Assembly: GCA_013239625.1 (NCBI GenBank)
Contig: MU053557.1
Coordinates: 3,006,291-3,070,122, forward strand
DNA: 63,832 bases
Direction of reading: 5' to 3'
Source: Lama guanicoe
Lineage: Eukaryota
Within the stretch, counting starts at the first letter, position 1. Every line of letters begins with the position of its first letter. The notes below the pieces were generated by a model. That model had not been told where the DNA came from. It saw nothing but the letters and a program-made list of their open reading frames with translations, and did no database searches. This document shows, piece by piece, positions 50,950 to 63,832 of the stretch. A program made the position numbers and the translations under genes.

Positions 50950-52580
50950 ACAGGGGTTTGGGTCTCCCCACTTAAGGATGAACAGATAACCGACATGTGG
51001 GAAAGGCTTCTAATAGGACTGACAGATCCTAAAGCAAATGAACAGGGAAAAAACAACTTCAGGAAAACTAATCAGAGAGATCTATTATATAGCAGCCAAA
51101 TTTTTATGAATGGAAAAAAAGGACACCAAGAAAGCAACATTCAGAGACCAAAAATTGGTGTAAGGAAAAGAAAATTAAAGCACGGGTGGAAAAACCCCAA
51201 AGATGGTTTAGAGATAAATTTAAGGAAATTTCCCAGAATAATGAGCAAATAAACAGAGACAGAAAATAGAAGGTAAATATATGAAAATTTAAAGGTCAGT
51301 CTCTAAGAGTTCTGGTTCTAAATAGTAGGAGGTTTGGAAAGAGGAAGAGAAAATAAAATAAAAGGGAGGAAACAGTCACTACTTAGTTTAATGGAAAAAG
51401 ACAAGTCCAGAACTTTTCCAGACTGAATGAGCCTGTCAAGGACTTAGCATAGCAAATAAAATAAGCCCTTCTAATCATGAAGTTTCAAAACACTTAATGT
51501 AAGTACACAATCCTGCAAGGTTCCAGAGAAGAGAACTGTTACATCTGAGGGTCTAGCATCCAAATAGCTTTAGATTTCTTAATAGTAACACAAAATGCTA
51601 GAAATTAAGGAGAGCCAGGCCTCAAAATTTTGAGGGAAAATAATTTCTAACCTAGAATTCAACACTCAGCCAAAGTTTCACTTAAGTGACAGTAGAATGG
51701 AATAGCATGCTATCTTTCTTACAAAGTAGAAGAAAATAGCATGCAGTCTTTCTTAAAAAGCTGTTGTAGGATGCATGCCACAAAAAAACAAGAGAGTAGA
51801 ACAAAAAAGAGGGAGACAGTACGTGCAGCAGACAGGGACTCCATCATTGAAGAGGAGTGAAGGAAATCCCCAGAACCGTGGGGAGGGAGAACCCCAGAGA
51901 GACAGCCATGAAGCAGAAAGGATCAACAGTCCAGACTGGATGAGGTCAGAGGGCTCCGGTAAAGACATTTTCAGGAAGATGGCAACATGACTGATGCACT
52001 TGAAGGTGGAAAGGGAACTTAGGCAACTAGAAAAATGTTCTTGGGATTGAATTAGGAAAATGGATACAGAAAAGTAGGCACATGTCAACAAGACAATTAT
52101 GAACCCCAGAGAAAAGCAAAAATAAAAAGTGCAAGAAAGGAAAACTAATTATAGTCCACTACACAAGTCAGGTGTGCATACCATTTCCATACTCATAGTA
52201 ATAAAATATTGAATACTGACCTAACTGAAATTATTATATCCAACACAGCTACGTTAGAAATATGGGACCATGTTGGGGTTAAGACCAAAAGACCAAGACA
52301 GTGAGCTAAATGCCCACCTGCCATCTTGGAAATTTAGTAAGGAATGCCTAAAACTGACAAGAAAAAACAAGATTATACTATTTAGACGATATGGTGGAAA
52401 CTACCAAATTTATTAATTCAAAGAGGTAAAAGTGTTCGTTTCTTAGCCAGGAGAGATTGAAGAGTGAGGTCAGTGGATTATAGGACTAATGTCAGTGTTT
52501 GATAAAAAGCCTCTTAGAACTCTGATAAATTGTGTATCAATGTAGATAGATGCAGACACCTAACTTTGATAAAAATAAAA
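50950..52580 (+). mobile_element. HAL1 (half-L1)-like ancient element: ORF1-like remnant plus 3' region
   Basis: gagggaaaataatttctaacctagaattc...cagccaaa resembles the L1 ORF1 C-terminus, with no ORF2 after it. atagtccactaca...tgaatactgacctaac resembles the recalled HAL1 3' region. Confidence 0.6.
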
Positions 52581-55088
52581 ATGTCTAAGAGACAGAAGAC
52601 TAATCAAAATACTCATTCATGGTGATCTTTAGCTAGTTTTGTTTTCCTTTCATTTTTCATGAGAAAAGCATATTAATTTTTTTTTTTAGCAAAAAACAAT
52701 CTTCACTATGAACAAGAGACTGAAGCTCAGAAAAGTCCGGTAAACTTCCTAATTCTACTTATCTTGTAAGTGGGACAGCTAGGATTCCAGTGCAGTTCTG
52801 TCTGATTCAAATCATCTTTTTTATCTTTCATCAAAGCATTCAATCCTCACTAAAAACCAAGATGCAAAATTATCATGCTGCAATATTTGCTCTCCTCCCT
52901 GAGACCCCACAGAGCCTCTTGCTCTACCAAATGTAACACTTAATTACTAACATTTGTCTCCTTATTTGCCTATTTATTTATTTATACCCATCTCATTCCG
53001 GAAAGATTGAAGACTGGAGTCCAAAGATACCTACACTAGAACAAAATAGAACAAGAACGAGGCTAGGGCATCTGACAGTCCCGGTTTTGTGTTCTCACGA
53101 ATACAGCTGCATGAGTCATACTCAGTTTCCTGAGGCTGTGACTTAGTCCCAAGCTCCGTTTATCTATCCATCAGTGCCTAGCCCAGTCCTGAGCACGCAG
53201 GTGCTCAACAAATATTTGTTGATTTGACTTGCTATGGCTTCTGGAGCTTCTTTACCTTTTTTCTGTGACTTTCTTAAAAAGGTGTAAGTGAGCTTTTTCT
53301 TGGTAACTGCCTCCACTTGGGAAAATAGCATGATGACTAAACCTTCACCTCATCAATGAAAATCTGCTAAATCCACCAGAAGAACCGTATTTTTAACCAG
53401 AGTTTCCATTTTTTTCTGTCCTTCTATTCTTAGCAAATCATGCAATGTCCATTCTTAAAAATAAATGGGCAAAGGGACAGTGGGAGGTATATGGAAGGAA
53501 TGATGAGGTTCGTGGAAGACTAATTTAATGTGGGTACCTTTCTGTTGCCATAGTGAGACACATTTACTTCTGTTTGAAGATCACCCAGTGCTAACAAAGC
53601 AAATATCCTCTGACTCCTGCCGTTAATTACCGTTCAGTTCCTGTTGTGGGGGGAGGTTTTCATCCATGTCCTTGCCTAGGACAGTCGTTGGTTGTGAGGT
53701 TGATGCAGTGGAAAAGGAGCCGTTTTCAACACTTCTGATCTCAAAGAATGAGTAAGTCAATCCTTGAGGGCTTTAGATGTAAATCCAAGGTCTTTAGTGA
53801 GACCTCAAGTTGTCAATATTCAAATGGAGTCTTCTGTATTGATAAGCTCATTACGAAGCCTTTTGATAATAGGTTGTTGGTAACGTATTTCTTAGGAGGT
53901 ACCTATTACAAATGATGACTTGCTAGGAAATCAACACGGAGAAGAAAAATCTTTGAAATCTTTCCTCCAAAGCCATACATATTCTGTAAAACTTTGGTGA
54001 TGGTACTTCCTCCACTTAAAAAGTATTTATTATGCATGTGCTACACGCCCAGCATGACTGCAGGCGATGTAGGTACAATAACGAAGAGGATGCACCCAGT
54101 GTCTGCCTTCATAAAGGATGTATTCTTGGTACTCTTTGTCCTGTGTGATGTCCCAACATCATTTTGCCTAATGTTTTGGCAACAAAAGCATTGTTCTTGG
54201 CTGATACCAAAGTGACTCATCTAGTAACAATAGAAAAAACAGTTCTAATGGTACTTTCATTGGGCTCTTACTCTGCTTAAAACACCTGATACGCACTTTT
54301 GATATGCCTTATTTCACCTAGTCCTCATCATAACCTTAGAAGAGGTGCTAAATGTAGTCAGTGTTACAAAGGAAGAGATTTAAACTCAGAGAGCTTCCCC
54401 AGTTTAAAGTCCAGAGCTAGTAAGTAGTGCAACCAAAACCCAAACCCAGAACTTCATGCCCATAACTACAATATTGTACTGCAGACTTCCAGCACTCTTC
54501 CATAATATTAAAATCAAGCAACTTGGAGCCACATAAAGTCAGTTTCAAGTCCAAGCTCCACCCCTGAGAGATGTAACCTTTTTGGTGGGTCTCTATAACT
54601 CATCCACAACATAGCCATAATATTACCACCTCATGGCATTTTGGTGACAGTTAAATAAGATAATGTATATACTATATACCTGGACAGTGCCTCTACATGC
54701 ATGTACATAATAGACAACTAGTTTAATGATCAACTTTGACCTAAGATGTGGGATACAGGCAACAGAGGGCTATTAATTATTTATAGACAGTATTACGAAT
54801 TTGCTTCAAACTCATGGAGATGGAGGCTAAGGTGGAAAGGGAGGTTTAAGGCTACTGAAATCAAATTAAATAATCGACATACATTTATTAAGAGCCTCTT
54901 CACCCTAGGGTTTGATTCAGTCAGTAAATACATCCTCCCTGTTCTCCTCTGCTTGGTTACCTGTTGAACTCCTACCCTTCCTGCAAGGCCCAGATAAAAT
55001 AGCTGTTCTTCCTTGAAGCTCTTTTATCTTCTACAGTAAGAAGAGATTTCTCCCACCTTAGAACTCCTGTGGCTTTTAGGGTACAAAG

Positions 55089-55279
55089 CAGTGGTTCATA
55101 AATAAAGTCTTGCAGACTGGTACCAGGCAGTTTCCATCAAAATTCCCCAGGGGGCTGATTAAAATACAGATTATTTGGTCCAGCCTCCAGAGTCTGATTC
55201 AGATGAGGCTCATGAATCTACATTTTAAAACGAGTGCTTTGTGTGATTTTGATGGGCGGACCCATTTGGGAATCACATG
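55089..55279. mobile_element. MER5-like hAT MITE
   Basis: Termini cagtggttc... and ...tttgggaatcac; internal ttaaaatacagatt...ctgattcag...gaatctacattttaa. Confidence 0.7.
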
Positions 55280-56109
55280 GAGGCTCTTAGTACATATATT
55301 CCTTTCTATTGCAGATATTTATGTGTGCATTTCATGTCTTTTCCTGGGAGATTATTTTTCTGACACCCTGATTCAATACAGGGATAAAAATAAGAAAGAC
55401 TAGAAAGAGCAAGTTCCTTGCAACATTTTTCTCAGGTTTTCATCACCTCTAGGATGTTGTGCTGCTTTCCCCGGACTAAGTGGGCTGTTCCTGCTCTCCA
55501 TCCCCATGACTCTCTGATGGTCTCCCTCCAGCAGTGGTGCTTGTGTCATTTGGAACTTGAATCAGTTTTGCTAAGAAAGTAAAAAAAATGTTTAAGTGTA
55601 TTGGAAGAACATCAGGGTGCCTGCAGAGTAATCAAAACAGGACCTATGTGGATACAAAGCCACACACTTTAATGTCCTCAGGGCTCTTTTTCAATCTTGT
55701 GAGTCTACTTTATTCCATTTGTTGGCTTTATTTCCTGGGATCTACCGACTTGCTTTTTTTTTTCACGTTCGCCAGTTCTAGTCTCGTGTTTGGGAAGCTT
55801 TGTGATAGGAGGAAGCATGCATTTCCAGGTCAGAAAATCCAGCATGCAGAGTATGTAAACTGGAATGGCTAGGGTCACAGTCCCATTCTCAGATCAAGGT
55901 TTCTGGCAAGAGGTAGGGGATATGCTGAGTAACAGACAGCAGTGATCGCAAGTGGTTGGTGAGACCAGTGTTGTAAGACAGGATCCATGAGTAAGAAGCT
56001 CCTATGAAACAGAATGGAAACAGACATGTGGACGTGGCTGTAAGGCAGGTCTTTACTTGAGTCCTGCTTTCTGGGCACAATTATCTGCCTTTAATGGGCT
56101 GCAGTGGAG

Positions 56110-56330
56110 AACAGCATTTGAGGGCAGCCCTGGACTCCACCACACTGCCACTTGCTTACTCTGTGGCCTTGGAAAAATTACTTAATTACTCTGGGCTGCA
56201 GTTCACTTAGCTTGAAAAAAATGGCAATAATAGTCGTACTACTTCATAGGCTTAATGAAAAACTGAGGTAATATATATAATGTGCTTACAATAATCCCTG
56301 CAATTCCTTAAAAAAGGTTAGATATTAGCT
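56110..56330 (+). mobile_element. MIR SINE
   Basis: ctgccacttgcttactctgtggccttggaaaaattacttaattactctgggctgcagtt...aaaatggcaataatag. Confidence 0.75.
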
Positions 56331-56555
56331 ATTATTAATTATTTTGTTGTCCTACTAGACTGTAAGCCCCATGAAGGCAGGCAACCTAGACTTTCTTTCT
56401 CCCCAGTACTGAGCCTAATGTCTTCCTGTTAGTGCAGGAGCAATTAGTAGAAATTTGTTGTTGTCAGTTCACACAGACCGAGTTCAGTGAGCAATGTCTG
56501 ATTGCACGTTTACTCCACTGGAGTGTCTACTCTGCTGCACAGGTGGTGGGAAATT

Positions 56556-56565
<10 letters not shown>

Positions 56566-56596
<31 letters not shown>
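56566..56596. repeat. (AC)n microsatellite
   Basis: Read directly from the sequence. Confidence 0.95.
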
Positions 56597-56599
<3 letters not shown>

Positions 56600-56880
56600 C
56601 ACACTCTTCTTGGACTAGAGGGAAAAAGGGAGACACGTGGCCAGCTAAGCAGTTACTGTTTCCATGTTGAATTGACTTTGCCTTTAAAGAATCATAGCTC
56701 CGAGGAGTGTCCTATTTAAGCAGCAAACGTGTTTAAGGTATCAGTTGGGACCAAATCGCATTGGAATTTAACGTCGTGCTATGTAAGTGAAGCGTTTACT
56801 AAATAGTCAGCATCAGCAAGATATGGAGGTCCTGCTTCAAGGGGATACTCTCCCAAAGCACTTAAAAGTATCCACTTATT

Positions 56881-57104
56881 GAATAGAACATAAAAGAGAC
56901 ATTCACAGATAGAACAAACTAGTGGTTACCAATGATGGAGAGGGAGAAGGGGCAATGCAGGGATGGGGGAGTGGGAGGTACAAACTACTGGGTGTAAGAG
57001 GGGCTCAAGGATGGATCGTACACTATAGAGAATAGAGCCAATATTTTGTAATAACCATAAATGCGGTGAACTTTAAAATTGTGTAAAAATCTAAAAAAAG
57101 TTTT
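56881..57104 (+). mobile_element. Short L1 3'UTR insertion with 16-bp TSD
   Basis: acagatagaacaaactagtggttacc is L1 3'UTR. TSD aaagtatccacttatt (56865-56880) vs aaagtatcctcttatt (57105-57120), 15/16. Confidence 0.88.
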
Positions 57105-57662
57105 AAAGTATCCTCTTATTAACAATCACATTGGCATGACTGCATACAAGGAAATGATCGATTGTTTTACCTTTTAATTTAAGCAGTAGCAGGACTTTTT
57201 AGAATTTTTGGAACCTGGAAACTCTATTGTTCTGTGTATCTTGAATAGATACAACATAATTTACTCTAAGATTATATTATAAAAGATGTCAGAAGCTATC
57301 AATTTAAAATCCAAGTACATGCTTTCAACCAAAAACAAAAAGCCTTTTTAAAAAAGACATAAACCCAGAGACAAAATAGAAAAGATTTATACATTTGACT
57401 ATATATAATTTGACTTTATAAAATATGAATTTAATACTTAAGTTTTCTATGTTGTTAAAAATGTTTTAAAGTCAAAAGCCAAATGGACAGCCTAGAAAAA
57501 TATTACTGAGATGTACTAAAGGTTTAATTGACTTAACATTTTAGGTGCACTTGGGAATCAATAAGACTAATAACTCATTAAAAACAGGCAAAATTTATGA
57601 ATAGGCAGTTCTTCGAAAAAATAAATGTACAAAGATATAAGACTTTATTTATTAAAGAAACA

Positions 57663-57875
57663 CAGTTGACCTTTGAACAGTAATTGTATGGTCCACAAAT
57701 ATGCAGATTTTTTTTCCCCAATGAATACGTACTACAGTAGTATACTGTCTGCCGTTGGATGAATCCATAGATGAGGAACCTCAAGTATGGAAGGCAGACT
57801 ACATATTACATGTGGACTTTTGACTGAGGGGAGGGTTGGCACCTGTAACCCCTCACATTGTTCAAGAGTCAACTA
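57663..57875. mobile_element. Tigger2-derived MITE (MER8/Tigger2a-like) inserted in an old L1 remnant (~57350-58480)
   Basis: TIRs cagttgacctttgaaca and tgttcaagagtcaacta, with TA following the right end. Confidence 0.85.
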
Positions 57876-60616
57876 TATAAAGTAAATCGGGAATTCAGAA
57901 TTTTTTTCACTTGTCAGATCAAGGACAGCTGATGTCACAGTGTTGGCAGGGCGATGGACAAATGTCATTCTTACACATCACCAGATAAAGGAGATTTGGC
58001 GCAACATCTTTGGAGGGCTCTTTACCATATCTATTAAATTGGAAAATTCATGTAATCTTTGTCCCAGCAGTTCTGCTTTCATAAAGTTAGCCTACAACAC
58101 ATGCACTTAAGCTGACCAAGGATGTTTGTGGTGGTCTCAGGGTAATAGCAGATAATTAAATCATCTTTGAAAGTCCATCAGTAGGCTAAATATTTTATGG
58201 TATATTTACACAATGAAATACAAAGGAACTATTTAAAATAGATATAGAGCTGTATGTACTGGCAATGAAAGGACAGAAGCAATATTATGCAGAAAGGGCT
58301 TAAAATCTATATCCCTACAGGAAGGCTAGTACGTTGTTACTGCTGTCAAAATGGAATATACACATGCAGAAAAAAAATCTCTTAAAGGATACACAAGAAT
58401 TGGTTAATAGTGGTTCCAGGAATAGTTCTAGGAATAGAACTAAACATTTGGAATGGGAAGAAGACTTAAACTTTTCTCTGAATAATCATACTTTTTCTCA
58501 TGTGTAATTTTTAGTTTTTAGTGGGCCAGACATTATACTTCTGGTTTACAGCATCTCATCTGCAAAACCACCTGTGAGTCAAATTTAATTAGCTCCATTT
58601 ACAGATGAGGACCTTGTGATTTGAAAAGAGGGAGTAACTTATCTAAGGTCGCACTGCTGGTGTCCTTGTTTACTCATCAGCAGAAGGGTTACAGAAATAT
58701 CAAGAAGTGAAGTTCTCAATAATCTCACATATGTTCATGATTTGGTACTAAGACAGGAATCCTTTTTTTTTTTAAAGGAAAAAATAAAATATTTTCCAAA
58801 TATTTTACCTCAAAAATGGGAAAAAGAATGGATTTTCTGTTTTACTTTCTAGAACGCTCTTCTCCCAAATTTCAAGTGTCAGGGTGATATACCCAAGTCT
58901 AAAAAGTGTTTCCCCCTTTTCCTTCCCTTCAACATTGTTCATTGACTAGAATGTGGAGACTGGGGAGAAGGTAAGAGAAACAGAACAAAAGAAATACAAA
59001 GCACTGGATTCCACTATCAGCATCCTTGTGTTTAGGGAAAGACTTGGGAAAGCCTGACTTGACTCAAGTGATTCTAAAGGAGAGACCAAGAAGTCCCACC
59101 TTGCTTCCCCTGACTCTCCCGCTGGGATTGGTGGATATACAATGAGAATAACCTTAAAACAACTTAAAAGATAGCAATTTAGGGTATGGGTCCATGATCA
59201 GGAAGGTGTAGATGAACTTACATCAAGGTGGATTGATTCTATCCACTCCTCCACACAAGAGCTGGGCATAGCTTTGCCACAACAACCACTGTCCCTGCAG
59301 CTGGTCTGACTTTCCACATGACTAATAAACCTGAGCCCGCCAATGAGCTGAGGGTGACTTTAGTGCTTAAGCTTTTGTTTTTCATATGACAGCCTCTAAA
59401 TTCAATTTATGAGTTTCACTGGGTACTCACACGAGGGAAACAAAAGTGTGTTGAACTTTCTGACAGACTGTTTTCAAATGGGGTGCCTTCTTAGAGGATT
59501 TACATGTATAGTTTTGACTGTACAAGGTTTGGCCCTACTTGCTGATTTACGAACCTAACCCCAAGGTAAGATAGTCATTATGCTAGTTATAATCATGGCA
59601 AATTATTTAATCTCTGAAGCTAATCATTTCTATCTGTAAAGGCTATTAAAGGTTATTGTGAGGATACAATGAGACATAAAAAGGAAACAGACATAAACAG
59701 ACTCCTCATGCAGATAGAATTTCTGTGGCTGATGAGGGGAGAATGGGCACCCATCCAAAAGAAAACCTCTAAAGTCCTTTTAAGTTATTTAGTTTTAAAA
59801 AATATTCCATGTGATATAACATTAGGATTCATTCAACTTAGCCTATTTATCTGATACATCTCTCGGCAACCTTTTGGGTACCATACTGACATGATGGTGG
59901 CTAAGACTGGGATGAGAAGGACTGTGTGAAGGGAGACTCGGAGGCAGATGAGGAAGGTATGGGAGGATGAGCGGTTTTTGCCCGTTGGCTTTCCCACAGG
60001 CCACGTCCCCTGGCCAGCCCCATCAGTGAACATGAGAACCAGGTTCTGTCTTTCCTGACACTCAACCACTACCTTCAAAACCCGACAAAAACTCAAGGTC
60101 TAACAGTGTCCCCAGATGATCTTTCTATGTTTGACACCAGAGAGCTTCTCCATGAACCAGAAGGAAAGTTTTAGAACATGAGACAATGACAAAGACACCA
60201 GGAAACAACACAGCAGAAGTTAACTTTGCACCACGCTAGACTCTGAAGCCCCAGGCGTGTAGGAGGGACACTGGTGGCTGCCCTTTCCCTCCGTGTTGCC
60301 TGTTAATATCCACGTGTGATGACAGCGGCTCACGGTGGTGCTTGCTGGGAGCTCTGAATTACTCTATTCCCTAAGAAGTGGTTGTGGCAGTAGTGCTGGT
60401 CAAAGAAGTTAGTTCCAATTCATATCCTAAATACTTTACATATGTTAACTCATTTCATCTTCCTACAAATCCTATGTAGTATATATTATTTTCATCCCTA
60501 TTTTATAGCTGAAGAAACAGCATAGAAGTAAAAGTTGCCAGGATTACATGACATGAATTGTAGGAGCTGGGCTTGGAACCCTGCAGTCTGCCTCCAGAGA
60601 TTGTGCTCTCAAATCT

Positions 60617-60968
60617 CAGGGCTTGGCAAATTTTTTGTAAAGGGCCAGCTGGTAAATATTATAGGTTTTCATAGAGTCTCTGTTGCTTATTTTTTAAATT
60701 TGTTTATTTTTTAATTTACTTTTATTTTGGTGGGGTAATTAAGTTTTTTATTTAGTTATTTATTTCAGTGGAGGGACTGGGGATTGAGCCCAGGATCTTG
60801 TGCATGCTATGCACACGTTCTACCACTGAACTATACCCTCCCCCTCTGTTGCACATTCTTTATTGTCCTTTTCGATCCTTTAAAAATGTATAGCCAGTCT
60901 TAGCTCCTAGGAGGTACAAAAACAGATGGCAGGCCCATTTTGGCTTGTGGGCCATATGTAATCTACTG
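60617..60968. mobile_element. MER58(C)-like hAT MITE interrupted by a SINE
   Basis: cagggcttggcaaattttttgtaaagggccagctggtaaatatt ... tacaaaaacagatggcaggcccattttggcttgtgggccat. Confidence 0.8.
60687..60844 (-). mobile_element. Vic-1-type tRNA-derived SINE (camelid) with TSD
   Basis: The minus strand reads GGGGGAGGGTATAGTTCAGTGGTAGAACGTGTGCATAGCATGCACAAGATCCTGGGCTCAATCCCCAG, then an A-rich tail. TSD ctctgttgc at 60678-60686 and 60844-60852. Confidence 0.88.
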
Positions 60969-61687
60969 GTTAATACTGCATATGTTGATCAAAGGTTTAA
61001 AGCTATTTCATACTCCCCTTAGGCAAATCCTATATGCTGATAATGTCATCGCGTTTCTGTTGACAAAATATTCCACAGTTCTGACTTCATCGCTCTCTCT
61101 CTCATTTTGTATGAATTTATGAGGTTTGATTGCCTTTTCAATCAGCCTTCCTCCAGATTAGTGATGCTGTTGTTGGACATTTAAGAAAGGACCATTAGGA
61201 TGGAATAAGAGCTTATTTTCCAGTCACTTTCAATCTGTCATTGGCTTTCTCTCCAGGTTGTATGATCATACAGAGAAGTGACTTTAGCCACCATGGCATT
61301 GGACTAGAGTCTTTCTTTGACTGACTAGAAATAAAGGCACAAATAAGATGCGGTATCTCTCAAACTTGAGGCTTGTCGCTTTTCTGGGACCTTACCTGAC
61401 ATTAATAAAGGCAGTTCTGCTAGTAGAAATTTATCAGCAACCTGGCATCTAATCCTTTATCATTTTCATTAAAGCTTAAAATGGCTTATAAAGGGACATG
61501 GTTCATGAAATGGATTAATATCACAACGGAATGTCATGCCTTCTAGGTTACCTGTTATATGCTGGGAGATTCAAAATGTCATCACAGCATTCTAGGCTAG
61601 GCTGCTAGTGAAGAAATCACTGTGAGTTACTGGATTTGCTGAAGATAAAATCTTGGGCTCACAAATAAATCTTGGTCTTTTTTTTTT

Positions 61688-62134
61688 ATATCAACTGTAC
61701 TTCAATTAAAAATTAAACAAACAACCCATTCAAAACATGGGCAGAAGAACTGAACAGACATTTTTCCGAACGAGGAAATGCAGATGGCCAACAGGCACAT
61801 GAAAAGCTGTTCAACATCACCAGTATCAGGGACATGCAAATCAAAACCACAATGAGACACCATCTCACACCTGTCAGAATGGCCATCATCAGAAAGAACA
61901 CAAATAACCAATGTTGGCAAGGATGTGGAGAAAAGGGAACCCCCGTACACTCTTGGTGGGAATGCAAAGTGGTGCAGCCACCATGGAAAACAATACGGAG
62001 GTTTCTCAAAACCCCAAAAACAGAGCCACCACATGGCCCAGCAATTCCACTCCTGGGCAAATACCTGAGAAAAACAAAAACATTACTTCAAAAAGACACA
62101 TACGCTCCACCATTACCAGCAGCACTATTTACAA
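61688..62134 (+). mobile_element. L1 ORF2 3' fragment without a 3' tail
   Basis: The ORF at 61834 translates [19 protein letters not shown]...[17 protein letters not shown], the L1 ORF2 cysteine-rich domain. Confidence 0.9.
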
Positions 62135-62259
62135 CTGTCGTGGTCATTTTTCTGTAACACTTGCACAGTACATAATGCAAAACTCAGCCTTGTGTAATGA
62201 GTGTGAGGAAATCATTGCTTTGGTTCTGTCAGTCTGAAACTTAAGAGAAAATTTATAAA

Positions 62260-62506
62260 AGTGTTTAAGGTATTTTGACCACAATTCACAGTAAAATAAA
62301 CACTAACAAAATTATCTTGTGCTATAGTACATATCTATCTACACACATAAAACCGAAACAAAAGTCTCAGGCGCAATGCTGCTGTTACTACAGTTGAGGC
62401 ATTTTCTAGTCCATTCTATTCCATTTAATTTTGTAATGATTTTTATTACCACTCAATGTATTTTATTAACTTATCGATGGGTCTTGACTCAGTTTGAAAA
62501 ACACTT
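62260..62506. mobile_element. hAT-Charlie-like MITE remnant
   Basis: Ends gggtcttgactcagtttgaaaaacact, a hAT-type terminus; family not identified. Confidence 0.55.
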
Positions 62507-63455
62507 CCTTACAAGACCCAAATTCTCACACTGCTCATGTTTACAAGCAGTGGTTATTTGGAGATTCTTTTGTATCTTTACAGTTTACTTTATTTGCTGA
62601 GGCTCAGTCATGTGTAAATCCCTGTAGCCGGCTCTCTCAGAAATGCAGAGATGCTGTCCACTACTTCAAGCCAGGGATTTTGAATTGCCAGGAAAACCAG
62701 ATGAACAAAACAGTATGTAATCTCTCCCCTCAGAAAGCTTATGATCTAGTGGGTCAAAAAAACTCCCAACTCAAGGAGTCTGGGAAGATAATATATTTAG
62801 TCAAGTGAATAACTTAAGTAAGTAGATTGTTTGATCAGCATTTTCCTAGATAAAAAGGTGTTTTCTTAGCTAGCAGAGTCAGTCCCATTTTTATAGAGGA
62901 GAAAACAGAGACTCAGAGAATCTGTTATTTGTCAGAGTCCTGTCATTGTTTTCAGGCTGAGTCCAGGATTATTTGTAACAGACATGCTGCCTCACATGAT
63001 TAAATGGGTTTTTTGCCGAAATAAAGTGACTTGCAAGTTCAGAAGTGATGATTAAGTCATATTATAAAAACATTTCAACCCTGAGAGAGCTTGGAAGATG
63101 AGAGGTGCTCCTTCCTTCAAGAGGAGCTAATTTAATTATTCTTGAAATTGACAAAATATGTCTTTTAAAGAGAAGACTGGTACCTTCTTGTATTTTGTAA
63201 TCTTTTCTGATTAAATTCTTCAAACCCCTCATTTGGAATTTTGCTCATCTCAGAACTGATTTCAAAAGCCAAGAAAGAAAGTGGGACATTTTCTGCAGAT
63301 CATCAGGGCAGGAAACCAAAGACTGCCACCTGTCTGGAAGAATCTACACTTTGTTGTTCTCCTCCAAAAGCATTTCATCAGCACTGACCCAGGACACCCT
63401 GCTATCTATAAACTAAACATCTCTTCCTTCTGACTTCTAAGAGTGGCAAAGTAAT

Positions 63456-63545
63456 TTTATTATTTTTTTTATTGATTTACAACCTTGTATTACTTTCAGG
63501 TGTACAACACAATGATTCAGTATTTTTGTAGATTATTCTCCACTT
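63456..63545 (-). mobile_element. Short L1 3' terminus
   Basis: ttgatttacaaccttgtattactttcaggtgtacaacacaatgattcagtattttt is a reversed L1 3' end. Confidence 0.7.
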
Positions 63546-63832
63546 AACGTTTAGGAGGGGAAATATTTAAATGGCAGATGTAAGATCATCTCATTTTAAA
63601 TGCAGCTTATACAGTAGACTTTTATACTCATGTTCATCCTCATCTGTTAGATGTCTGTGCCTTGGGGATCTGCTCATTCTAGGAACTTAGGTGTAATAGC
63701 TTCCTTCTTGGAAAAACTGAAATCACATAGATATGAAAGAATGGTTGCAGTGAGAACACAGGCAAGGAGAAGATTTTTAATGTGTGGATCCTTAGTGGAA
63801 CTGAATGCACAGAGGACTAGTTTTCTTCATAA

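Noticed and set aside
54730..54741. tcaactttgacc, matching the expected start of the next STK32A exon (VNFDH...)
   Set aside because: Preceded by aatga rather than a pyrimidine tract plus AG, and it does not continue as HFEILRAIGKGSFGK; chance 12-mer.
60775..60844. tRNA-like sequence with A and B boxes (also ~49585-49658)
   Set aside because: Followed by an A-rich tail and bounded by TSDs, so a SINE rather than a tRNA gene.
1..63832. A previously undescribed multi-gene system
   Set aside because: Outside the STK32A 5' exons I found no coding exons, processed pseudogene, intact viral or transposase ORF, or structured RNA gene that I could support. The content fits an ordinary mammalian gene flank and intron.

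Overview
Mammalian genomic DNA, most likely camelid (alpaca/llama/camel), judged from two Vic-1-type tRNA-derived SINEs and cetartiodactyl-type L1 3' ends. The only host gene I can support is the 5' end of STK32A (+ strand). It has a CpG-island promoter (~31.4-32.0 kb), a non-coding first exon ending at 31999, and exon 2 (35688-35838), which carries the start codon and MGANTSSKPPVFDENED. The rest of the window is upstream intergenic DNA and the long second intron; I found no further STK32A coding exon. The remainder is mostly transposon relics: L1 of several ages, HAL1, L2, MIR, MaLR/ERVL LTRs, hAT and Tigger MITEs, and microsatellites. Almost all ORFs in the supplied track are spurious or L1-derived. 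I found no convincing novel biological system. The best second-look items are two uORFs upstream of the STK32A start, a symmetric and possibly bidirectional promoter core with G-quadruplex motifs, and several readable L1 insertion structures (nested micro-insertions, a twin-priming inversion, a candidate 3' transduction). Repeat family names come from recalled consensus sequences, not a database search, and boundaries of old repeats are approximate.
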